Part shown: positions 41,075 through 55,724 of the stretch, one piece after another | Numbering within the stretch: the first letter of the stretch is position 1 | Layout: every line of letters starts with the position of its first letter | NCBI GenBank assembly: GCA_951406725.2 | Contig: OX597830.1 | Coordinates: forward strand, 7,626,001-7,690,000 | From: Octopus vulgaris | Taxonomy: Eukaryota | Direction: 5' to 3' | DNA length: 64,000 nt | Made by a program: the position numbers and the translations under genes | Notes under the pieces: model-generated | The model's input: the letters and a program-made list of their open reading frames with translations, nothing else | Database searches by the model: none | What the model was told of the DNA's origin: nothing

Positions 41075-41856
41075 TTCACAGCCACTAACAATATCAGAGA
41101 CCTGGGTGTAATTGTTGATGACGATCTCAGTTGGAGTGCAACATCAACAAGAAGGTCGATATAACTCGTAGGATGTGTTCCTGGATCTTAAGAACTTTCC
41201 GGTCCAGAGAACAAGGTGTCATCATACCACTTTTCTCCTCCTTTGTACGGCCACACCTCGAATACTGCTGACCACAGTGGTCTCCCCATACAAGACAAAA
41301 CATCTCGAGGATTGAATCACCCCAGAGGGCACTCACTAAGCGAGTTGAAGGCATGGCTGCTCTCGATTATTGGGATCGCCTTAAAGCCTTGAAACTCTAC
41401 TCTCTCCAGCGTCGCCGTGAGCGGTACATCATTTGTACGATGTGGAGAATATACCGCCAACTTTGCCCAAACGACCTGAACATTAGCTTCAAGGTTCATC
41501 CAAGACTGGGACCACGGGCCATACGTCCCCTGCCCAATTCCAGATCACAGCATACATGTACACTGCAACATAATTTCTTTTCCTCAACAGGCCCTGCCCA
41601 ATTTAACACTGTCCTGAAAGAGATCAAAGAGGAAAAGGATCCGATCAACTTTAAACGGAGTCTGGATAGATTCCTTCAAGGAATACCAGATAAGCCACCC
41701 ATAATTGGATACAACTCACCCAACAAAAACTCACTACTTCAATGGACCATAAGCAAAACCTGACTTAAACAGGATTTAAATGATCCTATCAGGTGGTGTT
41801 ATTAAGTTAGACATGGCCTGGACCAATCTTTGGTCGAAACATATCTAAGTTTATCT
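41075..41856 (+). mobile_element. 5'-truncated CR1/L2-group LINE (different family)
   Basis: [50 protein letters not shown]; its 3' end also occurs at 29894-29940. Confidence 0.88.
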
Positions 41857-42144
41857 TATTTTATATATAAATGGAACAAAAGAATACACAATAGAGGGCA
41901 TTACAACGTTCGGACAGATAGACAACACAGAGGCGGACAAGAGAAACAACAAGTAGAACAGGCAGGAAAAGACAGGTCATTCTTCGCTTTCATTCATCAG
42001 ACAAGTACCAGACGTCACAACCATTTCGGACAGTTACACTTGAGATGGTTCGATCTGGTTGTCCCCCAAAAGTCTAAGCTAAGAGCATTAGACCCCTTTG
42101 TAAGTAAGCTAGGGAATGTGTACAGCAAGAAAGACGGAAAAACC

Positions 42145-42235
<91 letters not shown>

Positions 42236-42337
42236 ATATATATATATGTACGTATGTATATAAATATATATATGTATGTATATATATGAATGTATATATA
42301 TATATGTATGTATATGTGTCTGTGTATGTGTGTGTAT

Positions 42338-42510
42338 AGCTGAAATTTATAGAAAAGACAGGTTTATGAACAACAAGCAGATGTATTAGTTTGACGCTCG
42401 GGAAAAATGAAAAAGTCTTTAACGTTTCGAGCCTACGCTCTTCAGCAGAAAGGAATAAGAGAAAATAAACAGAGAGAATGAAAAAAACTTGTAGATTTCA
42501 GCAGTCCAGA
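42338..42510 (-). mobile_element. PLE-pLTR-like repeat with variant minimal hammerhead at 42417-42452
   Basis: Minus strand CTTT-CTGCTGA-A-GAGC-GTAG-GCTC-GAAA-CG-TT-AAAG. Confidence 0.6.
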
Positions 42511-43461
42511 TATATATATATATGTACATATATGTGTGCGTGTGCATATGTGTGTGTGTGTGTGTTTGTTTGTGTATGTATGTATGTATATATGAATATA
42601 CATGCATGTATATACATACGTACAAATATCCATACATACATACCTACATACATACTTCTGAAACTACTGAAACCCTAACATCAATGATCTAGAATGTTAG
42701 ATGGACTTCCTGCTGGACCAGAAAAATTCAATATTTTCCTTCATACTAGAGATATCAAAGATCAAATATATATATATCAAATATCTACTCCTAGTTTCAT
42801 TTTCCACAACATCCTCCCACTTGGCCTCCACCTCCTCCTCTTCTGTAATCCTCTCATTATTCTTATTTTGCTAATTATACTCTTAATAATTCTTATTCGC
42901 ATTTTTTAATTAATTCTTCCCTCAAACTTCTTAAATGATATCATTTTCTTCTTTTTCTCTTATTCTCTGAATTCTTCAGTTTTTTCTTCTTCTTCATCAT
43001 CATCATCGTCTCATGTTTAATATTCTTCTTCTTTTCCTTCTCCTTTCCTTCTTTTTCTTTTCTTCTTCTTCTACTCCTCCTCCTCCTTCTCCTTATTCAT
43101 CATTCTTCTTGCTCTTCCTCCTCTTCAAGTTCGTCATGCTATACTTCCTCTTAGTGTCATACTCCACCTTCTCATTCCTCCTCTCCCTCCTCTCCCTCCC
43201 CCCGTACACCCCTTTCCTTTACCCCCGCCTCAACACAACCACCACCGCCACCACCACCCATACAATACACCTCCGTCAATATAATTTACACCAGTCAAAC
43301 ACTTCTCCAGGCACAATTTAAAAATATAATAATGACGCCTAATTAACAAACTTCAAATGACACTCAATGACATTACTGCGCCACATATTGCGAACACAAC
43401 CGTCTATATACATATATATGCGTATATATACGTTTATATATATATATACAAACACACATAT

Positions 43462-43497
<36 letters not shown>

Positions 43498-43585
43498 GTA
43501 TACATATATATTTGTACATATATGTATGTATATATGTGCATATATATATATATATACATACATATATATATATATGTACATATAC

Positions 43586-43642
<57 letters not shown>

Positions 43643-43736
43643 TATATGAGCCCGCGTGTCTGTCTGTGTGCACGGTTATATATATATACACTTATATGTA
43701 TATAGATATATATGTATACGTATACGTATATATATA

Positions 43737-43773
<37 letters not shown>

Positions 43774-44265
43774 GATATATATGTATGTATAAATATGTAT
43801 GTATGCATGTGTGTGTATGCATGCATGAATGTATGTATGTATGTATATATATGTATATATACATATATGTATGTAAGTATGTATACGTGCTTAGGTGTTG
43901 GAAATATTTGCTCACGTAACCTCTCTATTTTTGTATCTTTATTTTCATTTATGTTCATTCTTTCAAATTGTTAATATGATTTTTGAAATAATATTCCATC
44001 TCTACATACACTGTCGTTCACCTTTCATATATTCTATTTTCACCTCCTTCTCCTCCTCTTCAGCACTTTTCTGAACTTTATCCTCCAGATTGTTCCTTAA
44101 ATTCTATACTTTATCCAGTTTTTGAATATTTTTTTTTACTTTCTGCCCCAGACAAAAGCCTCTTCTTCTAGTTTATTCTTTATTCTTACTTGTGGTTGTT
44201 GGTTTTTCTTCTTATTGTTCTTCTTCACCTCCTATTCCTCCTCCTCCTCATTATTATTATTGTTG

Positions 44266-44338
<73 letters not shown>

Positions 44339-44637
44339 CATCATTATTATTATCATTATTATCATTGATATTATTGCTATTGTTGTTGTTGCTGTTGCTG
44401 TTGTTGTTATTATTTAACCCCACTTTTTCACATCCGCCGCCTATTTTCCTTGGAATTCATTGCTGAAATCACATTCTTTATCGTCTTTCTTTAGGAATTA
44501 ATGAATGTGTGTGTGTGTAACTGCGAGTGCATAGATATATATATTTATATATACGTGTGTGTGAATGTGTATATATGCATCCATGTATGTGTATATGTAT
44601 GTATGTGTGTGTATTTGTATGTGCTTATGTCTATGTG

Positions 44638-44676
<39 letters not shown>

Positions 44677-45705
44677 GTGAGTATGCATGTATGTGTTTGT
44701 ATGTAAGTATGTATAGATATGCACATTCATAAAACGCAAATACACATATTGACATATGCTGACATACAAAGAATATATATATACATAAATACATATATAT
44801 ATATCTATATTAATGCATACAGATATATACACATTCATGCCAACGTCTCAACAATCCCCAACACCATCGCCAACATTAACAAAATCCTGAAATTCATTAT
44901 CAACATCGTCATGACCTTCATCATCGCGATCAACATCATCATCATCATCATCACCATCATCATTACCACCACCACCACTACCGTTCTTCTCATCACTATT
45001 CATTTAATCACTGCTTGGTTCACCCAACCCACCCCCACCACCATCACCATTACAATTTGTATATTTTTTTTTACTCTGTACCGATCTGCCACGCCGCTCA
45101 CACTCTACACTTGCGTATATAGAACTCACAAGTATACACACACACACACATACACACACACACACATACACACACACACACATACACACACACACACATA
45201 GATACACACCTTTGTGTCGCCTTTGTTTCTCAAGGATATAGGGGTTAACGTCAAACCCCTTTTGCCGCCCTCCTTTGTGCCCTGTAAACAAACGCTAAAT
45301 ATTTGCCAGGGTTCAGGGTGGAGAATGTGGTGGTATGGCGGGGAGGGCGGGTGGGTGGGGGGAATAGGGAGATGTTATGTGTGGAAGTTTGAATATAATT
45401 AATATGTCTATTCATATGTAACTACAATCATTTTGACAATCACCACCATCAGCACCATCAGCACCAGCAGCAGAAGAAAAAGATATCGGCAGAGACGGAG
45501 AAGTAAAAACAATGTGTTTCCTATATACACACATACACACAAAAACATACAAACACACACATACATATGTATGTGGGGGTACGGGAAGATGTGTGGGTGT
45601 GGGTGTGGGTGTGTGTGGGTGGGTGTGTACTCTTCATTACTTTATACTTTTATGTTACTGGACTGGGGCCATACTGGGGCACCGCCTAATGTTTCATGTA
45701 TATAT

Positions 45706-45754
<49 letters not shown>

Positions 45755-45777
45755 ATGTATCTATGTATGTGTATGTT

Positions 45778-45875
<98 letters not shown>

Positions 45876-47087
45876 AACGAAAAGTGATAGATAAATAGAA
45901 ATGTATATTTATATATGCTTATATATATATATGTATGTATGTATGTAAAACTTACTTGGAAAAGGATGTGTGGCGTTCGATCATATAATAATATAAATAA
46001 ATATATGATATAAATGGTGCTCCAGCATGGCCGTAGTCAAATGACTGAAACAAGTAAAAGAATAAAAGAATAATGTATGTATGTATATGTACTTGTGTGG
46101 GGGTGCCTGTGTGAGGGTGTATTTATTTCAGTCTCATTGTATTTTCTATCTATCTGTCTATGTATGTATAAGTTTGCACATGTGTGTGATTGTGTGTATG
46201 TGTGTGTGTGCATGCGTGTGTGTGCATGCGTGTGTGTGTGAGCGCGTGTGTGCATATAAACTAACTGACAGATATTTTCGTATCAATAAAATGGACGCTA
46301 AATGCGTCCATTTTGGTTGACATTTTATTTTTCGTCTTCATCTCTCATCTGTAATGAAATTTGGAAAACTTAACTCGTATTTAGAATTACTACTACTAAT
46401 AATAATAATAAAATTGTCCGTGAGTTGTAGTGATAAGCGATAAATATATCGAATTGTCAGTTTGCAATTAATAAGAAAAAATAACAGCAATATATTCATA
46501 ATTCTTAACTCTAACTAGATTTAAATTTTCAATATATGTTTCGTAATAAACTCCCTTTTTGTATGTGGTTTACAAGATTCTTGATGTGAATTCCTGTGCT
46601 GAAACAAATCTGAATATATTTTGAGAGGGTCATTATGCTATTCGTGATATCACAAGCACTGGTTCAATTCCACTTCTTTATTTTTAGTCAATCGATTAAA
46701 TATCTAGCCAACAAACTAATCGAATTTTTGTTTAATATGTTGGTTAAACGATCATTCATTTGTTTGTTGGTCTGGGCTCAAGAGCAAGCTTTGAGGGGAG
46801 AGGAGAAACCACTGAAGATGTCGTGAATAGCGACGAAGCGACTTTGACAAACAAACATTTGAATAGTTATTTAACCATCACATTAAACAAACGATCAATT
46901 ACTTTCTTGGTTTGATATTTAACCAATTGATTAACAATAAAATGTGATATTGAACCAGAGTGTGTGTTATTATAGGTGTAATGAACGTCCCAAAACACAA
47001 TATTTCTTAGTGTTGAGTTATACAAATGAAAGGAGAATTTCTTCATAAATATCAGGTTGATTTTATTCGGCACTTTTTACTTTCCAT

Positions 47088-47138
<51 letters not shown>

Positions 47139-47189
47139 TATTCAATGTTATTTCAATTAATACAAGACAGATGTTTTTAGATTTCTATA

Positions 47190-47510
47190 TTTAAGAGACG
47201 AAAGAATGAAATGCAAAGTCAGTCTCGACAAAATTTGAAATTCGAATGTAGAGACAGACGAAACACCGCTAAGAATTTTTCCCGGCGTGATAACGATTAT
47301 CATATCTATTATAGGCACAAGACCTGAGGTTTTGGGAGAGGGAATTTGTCGATTTACAGTGTGTAACTGGTACTTATTTTATCGACCGCGGAAGGATGAA
47401 AGGCAAAGTCGACCTCGGCGGAATTTGAACTCAGAACGTATCGACGGGTGAAATACCGCTAAGCATTTCGTCCAGTGTGCTAATGATTCTGCCAGCTTGC
47501 TACCTTACAG
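47190..47510 (-). mobile_element. Two nested or adjacent OK-like SINEs
   Basis: GGATGAAAGGCAAAGTCGACCTCGGCGGAATTTGAACTC plus an older degraded copy. Confidence 0.75.
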
Positions 47511-48247
47511 AAGACAGAAATATCAATGGTAAAGCAAATGTCGAGAGTTCGAATCCAAGGAAAGAATCTCTAACTTGGGTCTGAAACTTCATCCCCTTTC
47601 GATGAATCATGTTTTATGCCTCTAAAAGGAAATCTAAGTCAACTAATTTATTTCTTGGAAAAACTGCTGATAGAAGAAAATTATGTCATGTGACTGGCAC
47701 AAAAATACGACCAGTATGTGGCATGTATGTGTGTATGTATGGGTGCGTGAGGTAGGTGTGCTTCTGTAATATTGATCGTGAGGGCGAGGGTGCAAGTGGA
47801 GGTATGGCGATGGTAGTATTGGAGGTGGTGATGGCAGTGGGTGTGTTGGTGGTAGTGGTTGTGATGGTATGGTTAAGGTGGTGGTTGTGGTGTTGGTGGT
47901 GGTGGTGGTGGTGGTAGTGGTGATGGTGATGGTGATGATGATGATGATGAAGATGATGATGAAGATGATGATGATTATGAGCACGTCCACGGCGACAACA
48001 ACGACGAAGATGATGACGACGACGACAATAATGATAACGAAGACAATGATGGTGATGATGAATAGGATGGTGGCAGCGGTGATGTTGCTGCAGTTGTTAT
48101 TGGTGGTGGTGGTGGCTGCTGCTGCTGCTGGTGCAGGTGCTTGTGTGGGTGGTGCTGGTGGTTGCAAGCGGAGGATGAAGGCAGAACACGAATAACGAAT
48201 AAAACAAAGAAAACCTCGAGAGAATTTTATCAACTTTATTGAAGTTT

Positions 48248-48305
<58 letters not shown>

Positions 48306-48684
48306 GAGTAGTAGTAGGAGTAGGAGTAGTAGGAGTAGTTGTTGTTGTTGTTGTTGTGGAAAGAAGGGGTGGGGCAGTTGATTGGGTAGAGGAATGTTGC
48401 GTAAGAAGATAAGGGAGTAAAACTTGAAGAACCGGAAGGGATTGCTGAAAGTGTCGGTGGAGGGTGGCGGGTGGAGGGTGGAGGACGGTGGAAAGGTTGT
48501 CGAGTGTGGAATGTTCTAGGGGTGGTGGGAGTGGCCATGTGTGTCGCGTGAGTGTTGGCTGAGGGATGAGTGTGGGCATAGTGAAGTGATAGAGGTGGGG
48601 GACGGTGTGAGTAGAAAGATCATCGGTAAGTGGTGTAGTAATTGTAGGTGGTGGGGATAAGCGTGGTGGGTATAGTAGAAGATG

Positions 48685-49110
48685 TGTGGTGAGTGTGGGT
48701 TGTGTTGTGGTGAGATGGGTTGTGGGGTGCTGAGTGTGGGTTGTGTAGTATTGAGTGTGGCTTGTGTGGTGTCGAATGTGGGCACTGGAGTGATGAGTTA
48801 AAGATGTGTATCGAGAAGTGTGGGTAGTTTGTAATAAAGGAATTGAGTCATGGTGATTGAGTGTTCGGGTGTTGTGGTGATGAGGGTAATATGACGGTGA
48901 GTGTGGGTTGATTATTATGAGTATGGGTAATATGATGATGAGTGTGGGTTAGTGATAGTGAATGATGGTAATATGTCGGTGAGTGTTGGTTGTGTGATGG
49001 TGAGTGTGGGTAATATGACGGTGAGTGTGTGTTCTGTGATGGTGAATGTAGGTAGATGTGAGGGTGAGTGCGGTAGATGTGATGGTGAGTGTGGGTAATA
49101 TGACGGTGAG
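48685..49110. repeat. Degenerate ~21-bp G/T-rich minisatellite
   Basis: Recurrent GAGTGTGGGTAATATGACGGT / GAGTGTGGGTTGTGTGATGGT units. Confidence 0.6.
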
Positions 49111-50189
49111 TGGGAATTAAATAATGGTTAAGTATGGAAAGTATGGTGATATATGTGTTGTACGTAAGGTAACGTAGGAGTGGAGTGTATTAAGAGTTCA
49201 GGTGTTGTGATGGAGAATCTAAGTGTGAGGGTGAGTGCGCATAATACGATCTTGAGTGTCAGTAGAATTTAGGTGAATATGAAAAGTACAGTGATGTGTG
49301 AGGGTAGCTTATTTTGAAGGGGAGGAGTATAGAGGTTAGGAATTCGGATGTTGTGCTAGAATCTGAATAAATTGGGACAGTGTGAGGTTGAGCACGGGTA
49401 ATGTAACCGTGAGTGAAGAAAGGACGGGGAAGTGAAGAGAGTCGCGATGTGAGTTTTGGTCATTGCATAATATTGTACCACGATAGGTGTTAAATGTAGT
49501 GAAGAGTGGGGGTGGGGCGAGTAATTTGGTGACGAAAATATGTAATAAGATGTGATATGTAGATATGATGGTGATTGAAGTGAGTGGAGGTATGTGGTGA
49601 GTGGAGGATGTCATGGTGATGAGTGCGCATAAGAAGACGGCTGTAGAGGTAGGCATTTGGTAACTCCAAAATGGTAAACGGCACCAAATAACTAAGATTA
49701 TGTTTGTTGTTGCGGGTTGTTATTTTTGGTGATTGTGATGGCAGTGGTGTTAGTGGTGGTGGTGGTCGTCGTCGTCGTGGTAGTGGTGGTGCTGGTGCTG
49801 GTCGTCGTCGTCGTGGTAGTGGTGGTGGTGGTCGTCGTCGTCGTTGTCGTCGTCGTGGTAGTGGTAGTGGTAGTGGTGGTGGTGGTGGTGGTGGTGGTGG
49901 TTTTGGTGATTGTGATGGCAGTGGTGGTGGTGGGTGATGTTATGCTTGGTGTTTTAATCCTGGGTCATCTCTGCCTCGGCAGACTTTCCATCTCTATCAT
50001 TTTTTTATCCTTCTAGGAATATATTATTGAAAATGTAATTCGCTTTTCCCAAAATTCCATATCATTATTTGAGAATAAATTTGGCTGCTATTTCTAGCAG
50101 ATCGTTCTACCACATAAAGTCTCTCACCCACCCACCCCCCACTACCACCACCTTTGGCTGAAATATTCTACAGTCGATTTTGGTTTTTA

Positions 50190-50500
50190 ACTGGTTCTTC
50201 GTCGGTTACGACGACATGGGCTCCAGTTGTTCCGGTCAACGGAACAGCCTGCTCGTGGAATTAACCTACAAATGGTTGAGCAATCCACAGACACGGGTAC
50301 CCTTGGCATAGTTCTCGGGGATACTCACTGTGACACAGGAAGCATCAAAGCTGGCCCCTTGAATTACAAGCACAACTCAGCTGAGTTGACTGGAGGAACG
50401 AGAAATAAAGTATCTTGGCAAAGAACACAAATCTCCGCTAGGCATCGAACTCTAACACTCTAACCACTAAACACTCTAACCCCTAAACCACGCGCATTCA
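50190..50500 (-). mobile_element. Third tRNA-SINE family, degraded
   Basis: GATCGAAC-like B box (GCATCGAAC), AAATAAAGTATCTTG CORE-like block, CTAAACCACGCG A-box complement. Confidence 0.6.
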
Positions 50501-51383
50501 CCTTGTCTTTTTATTACTTAACCAAGGTCATATCTTACAGACAAGACAGTGTTATGACCTAACATGGCCCACCCCAAAACATTCCATCATTTATTCAAAC
50601 ATACAATATATACGATTACATTATTCATCGTTAATTTCCCAAGAGGATACGGTGAGGCTTAAGTGGCATTTGGTTGCTGATTCTAGCAAATCGAGCGACT
50701 ATGTGGAGGCTCCTTACACTGCGTAGCTGCTGACCCCTGTTGTGTACTTGAGTGACAAGGAGAAAGACAAGTTTGTCATCACACAAGACAATAGAGCGAA
50801 CAATGAATGATTATAAGATTCGGACTGAGTGAAGTGGGGGAGAGGCGGAGGGGCGAACTGGGGCTCCGTAACCACCCACCATTACAATCAAAGGGAAGTC
50901 ACGTGGGTGGACGTGCACAGACAATGTGACAAGCAGCGACCACTCACCTACGCAAACTACGTACATGAAAACCGAAAACTCATAGGGTCGCACACCTACA
51001 CACTCTCATATACAATCACATATATATACACATAAACGTATATATGTATATATATATATACGCACACAAACACACAATCGCGCGCGCGTACACAAGCAAC
51101 AAACAAAGAGATGAGCAAACACCCAGAGGCACTTACAATATTCTGAAATAAAAGCCCGAACATGAATATATAGGCATACACACACGCATTATGTGTGTGT
51201 GTGCATATGAGTTTGTGTATCTATGTGTGTATCTATCTGCCCATTTCACTCTCTACCCCTCGCATTCTCTCTCTCTCTTTCTTTGTCTCTCTTTATATGT
51301 GCTTGTAGAAGACGGACAGGCGAACAGACATATAGACTGACAGACAGAAAGACAGACAGACAGACAGACAGACCGACATACAA

Positions 51384-51540
<157 letters not shown>

Positions 51541-51732
51541 AAAGCGGTATGGACGATTAGGTAAGGAGTTAGCTTCTCAATCGTGAGATATCTATTTCGA
51601 TCCCACAACGTGTGGTCTTCGCCAAGTATCCTTTCAAAGCTTCGGGTCGACCCATAGTTTGTGACCGAAATTGTTATTCTAATAACAATTGTTTCTCTAA
51701 TAATTTTTATCATTATATATATTGTAATGTGT

Positions 51733-51990
51733 TTATTTGAATTGTTTAAATGTAAATTTTCTTGCATGAAGACATCTTAGAGCACGTTCTTGTCTCGTGT
51801 TTATTAGAATAAATTTAGAAGTGAAAATTTGGTACATTTCTTCTACGCATGAGCCGCATCTTTTACCCCGTATTCCATGACGTTTAACCTTACTAATAAT
51901 ATCCCATCCAATTAAATATATTTTGTTACAATCTTTCAAATTATTAAAATAACAATTGTGAAAGCAAGAACCAAAATAAAAATCAAGCTT
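51733..51990 (-). pseudogene. Penelope-like GIY-YIG endonuclease C-terminal fragment
   Basis: LKD..WDIISK..GKRCGSCVEE..LINTRQE..RCLHARKF matches the PLE pattern W.I..KRC.LC.EEK..LLN.R.E...C.H..KF. Confidence 0.7.
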
Positions 51991-52574
51991 AATTGAATAC
52001 CTCTAAACGAAGAATATTCTCTTTGAAATGAGTGGAATGGTAAACTTCTAGTAGTAATGATAAATCTACATAAACCTACAATCTAACCTTGTCCTATTTT
52101 TAGGACAATGTTTCATTTCATCTACCACATTTAGTAGAGATGAGCCTTCGGTCAAGATTCCTACAACTATAAATAGTAGCACCCATACCTCCTAAAAACA
52201 CTTTATCCACTCAGCTGATTTCTTCAGATTTACTTCGAAATGACCTACACCGACCATGACACCAGGCTGCATATCCAAAAACGTGCAGTCGAAGCAGTTG
52301 AAACGTGCGTAGGTCCAGAAAAGGACGGTGTAAATAAATGTTAAATCAAATTAGAGATGTGAAAAGTCCCTGCCCTCCTTATCATTATTAATATGATTAT
52401 TTACTTTGAACACGACTCACAGATTTACCAAACGAGAAAAGTTACCAGAACATAGCAACTTATTGTTACCACGGGTATCACAAAAGGACCGTTGTGGTCA
52501 GCCGTAATTTGAAACCGAATTGAGAGGAAACACGGTAACCGACAGGATAATATATCCCTTTAAAATCGTTTTAT

Positions 52575-52635
<61 letters not shown>

Positions 52636-52644
52636 CATATATTC

Positions 52645-53000
52645 TTTTATTCTTTTACTCTTTTACTTGTTTCAGTCATTTGACTGCGGCCATGCTGGAG
52701 CACCACCTCTAGTCGGACAAATCAACCCCAAGACTTCTTTGTAAGCCTAGTACTTATTTTATCGGCTTCTTTTGACGAACCGCTAAGTGACAGGAACGTA
52801 AACACACCAAGCGATTGTGGGGGGGGGGGGACAAAAACAGATACAAACAACAAACACATGCATACATATATACATGCACATATATATATATACGATGGGC
52901 TTCTTTCAGTTTCCGTCTACTAAATCCACTCACAAGGCTTTGATCGACCCGAAACTATAGTGGTGGATTTGGTAGACAGAAGCTGAAAGAACCTGTCTTA

Positions 53001-53089
<89 letters not shown>

Positions 53090-53300
53090 TTGTGTGTGTG
53101 TGTGTTTGTCCCCCCAACATCACTTGATAACCGATGCTGGTGTGTTTACGTCCCTGTAACTTAGCGGTTCGGCAAAAGAGACCGATAGAATAAGTACTAG
53201 GCTAACAAAGAATAAATCCTGGGGTCGATTTGCTCGACTGAAGGCGGTGCTCCAGCATGGCCGCAGTCAAATGACCGAAACAAGTAAAAGAGCAAAAGAG
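52645..53300. mobile_element. Two 5'-truncated OR2-like SINEs joined back to back
   Basis: 52645-52960 minus and 52961-53300 plus, with 3' tails outward. Confidence 0.85.
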
Positions 53301-53693
53301 CATCCAAAGTAAATCCTCATGTACAACACAGAGATCCAAATACCATTTGGAAGAATTTCCAGAAATTCAGTGAATTCGACATCAAAAATACATTTAGAGA
53401 AATTCACGTCTTTAACGTGAACTGCAAATATTTCCTTTGTTCACTTTGAATCTCTCTAATTTTGAATCCCCTTGAACAAGTTGTATTAACATGAATTTCC
53501 GGAAATATTAATTTCAATGATATTTTCTATAGCTAAACATGTTAATACAGTAGAAACGATTGTCGGCTTTGTAAGGTGAATTCTACAATTAAAGATGTGG
53601 GTTTTTTCCTATACGTACTTTTGTGTGCCAAAGTAAGCACAGAAATGTAAAACAAGGTGGGGAAAATAGTACTCGAATACCGGAGGTAGAGTA

Positions 53694-53843
53694 ATATGCT
53701 TTATTATTAAAGCTGCGAAAACATGACAAAAAATATCACATTTTGGATCACAACTGCCCGACGAACGGGAACGTGAAACTCTGAGTAGCAGTTTTCTGTG
53801 ATATTTTTTGTTAAGTTTTTGCAGCTTTAATAATAAGGCATAT
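53694..53843. mobile_element. PLE-pLTR-like fold-back (47-bp arms)
   Basis: ATATGCTTTATTATTAAAGCTGC..AAAAAATATCACA / TGTGATATTTTTT..GCAGCTTTAATAATAAGGCATAT. Confidence 0.7.
53752..53793 (+). ncRNA. Minimal type I hammerhead with U4C core variant
   Basis: AACTGC-CCGACGA-ACG-GGAA-CGT-GAAA-CTC-T-GAG-TA-GCAGTT; stems I and II perfect. Confidence 0.7.
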
Positions 53844-53862
53844 GTATATAATAATAATAATC

Positions 53863-53959
<97 letters not shown>

Positions 53960-54390
53960 GTTTCAAATTTTTGCCAGAAGGAAAGCAGTTTTGGGGGAGG
54001 GGATGAGTCAATTATATCAACCCCAGTGTTCAACTGGTACCTATTTTATCGAGGCGAGCTGGCAGAAGCGTTAGCACGCCGAGCGAAATGCTAAGTGGTA
54101 TTTCGTCTGCCGTTACGTTCTGAGTTCAAATTCCGCCGAGGTCGACTTTGCCTTTCATCCTTTCAGGGTCGATAAATTAAGTACCAGTTACTCACTGGGA
54201 TCGATGTAATCGACTTAATACCTATGTCTGTCCTTGTTTGTCCCTTCTGTGTTTAGCTCCTTGTGGGTAATAAAGAAATAGGTACTTATTTTATCGTTCC
54301 CGAAAGGACGAAAGGCAAAGTCGACCTCGGCGGAATTTGTACTCAGAACGGAACGCCGGGCGAAACACCGCCAAGCATTTCGTCCGGCAA
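53960..54390. mobile_element. OK-like SINE (+, ~54053-54283) inserted in an older minus-strand copy
   Basis: Duplicated GGTAC(C/T)TATTTTATCG around the young copy. Confidence 0.8.
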
Positions 54391-55520
54391 AATTATATAT
54401 CGGCAGCAAAAAAACAACAGAAAGAGAATAAGTTTGTCACGTTTTACATCCTCGTTACACAAAGGGAAAACAAATGAGAAAGTATTTAGCACAACAACAA
54501 CAACAACAACAACAACACCAGTGGCAAGAAAACATTGACAACAACAGTAAGAACAAGATCAGCAACGATTAGGAAGACAAGAGCAACAGTTAGGAATACG
54601 ACAAGAAGGACGAGATCAAGCAGAACTGAGAAGACAACAACAACCAACAACAACAACAACAACAACACTGACAGCGTGGATGATGACGGCGACGACGACG
54701 GCGACAATAAGAATGACACGGTAACAAACAATAGACGAGTTAGTAGCGATGTAGAAAGCAGGCGTCATAGGGGCCAGGGGTTTTGTGGAAAATATAACAA
54801 GTTTTGGTCTGGGAGGCGGGGACACCGGTACCTCAACGCTGACACACCGCCTCCACCACAACCACCATCATCGTTACCACTAACACGAATGCCATCGCCA
54901 CCACCGCCATTACAACAGCAAGTACAACAAGCGTCTTCGCTATCACCACCACCACCACCACCACCACCGTCACTTCCATCGTCATCGTCATCATTAACAC
55001 GACGACCACTAACACCAATGTAACCACCACCGCTATCATCATCATCATCGTCGTCGTCATCAGCATCATCATCATAGCAACCATCACTTTAATAACCAAT
55101 ATCAATATAAAACAAACAAAAAAAAGGTGAAATTTAATGCAGTCGTTTGACTGCTAGAAATAGCAAAAAAATTCCCTCAAATCACATCTTACAGTTTTCA
55201 GAAAAGCAAGGACATATTATCCAATATTTTGCTAGATGGTTTTAGATGGTCATGGCATAAGTTCCCTGAATGTAAGCCTCCTCAACAACGACTGACCTGT
55301 GGTTAAATAACAACCCTGTATCCCAGCTCTCGTAACCATCAACATCACAGCTGTCATCACTTCCACAAATACGATAACTATAAGCTTTAATATTATCATC
55401 ATCATAATGTTATTTATTTCGCTTTTGTTTTCTTCGCTGGATATAAAAGAAGGGACAGAGCGCATGGCTTCTCTGATCCAGTGAGATCGACATTCGAGAA
55501 TCAAGTTCCTATCTTGCGAT

Positions 55521-55724
55521 ATTGGTTTATACCGGGACGAGGGGTTGGAAATATCTTATGACGGTGATGGTCATACTCTGGATAAATTTAGGAAAAATCT
55601 CATTCATAACTTTCGTCAATTAGGCCTTAAAATCACTGTTACCCCTAATCTGTCCAAAGTCGATTTTTTTAGATGTTTCTATACACCTGGACTCCGTCCT
55701 ACAATAAACCAAATGAGAAACTTT
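55521..55724 (+). pseudogene. Penelope-like reverse transcriptase fragment (GLYRDDGL type)
   Basis: IGLYRDEGLEISYDGDGHTLDKFRKNLIHNFRQLGLKITVTPNLSKVDF, then frameshift LDVS..YNKPNEKL; catalytic DD mutated to DE. Confidence 0.75.

Noticed and set aside
46806-46850. CTGAAGA-T-GTCG..CGAC-GAAG
   Set aside because: Mutated GAAA and no stem I; may be a relic but is unsupported
52250-52316. GACC-ATGA..GAAACGTGCGTA-GGTC
   Set aside because: CTG of the core is missing; plausible dead pLTR ribozyme but not called
54486-55105. Pro/Thr-rich 162-aa ORF
   Set aside because: Built from degenerate trinucleotide repeats; no domain or splice evidence
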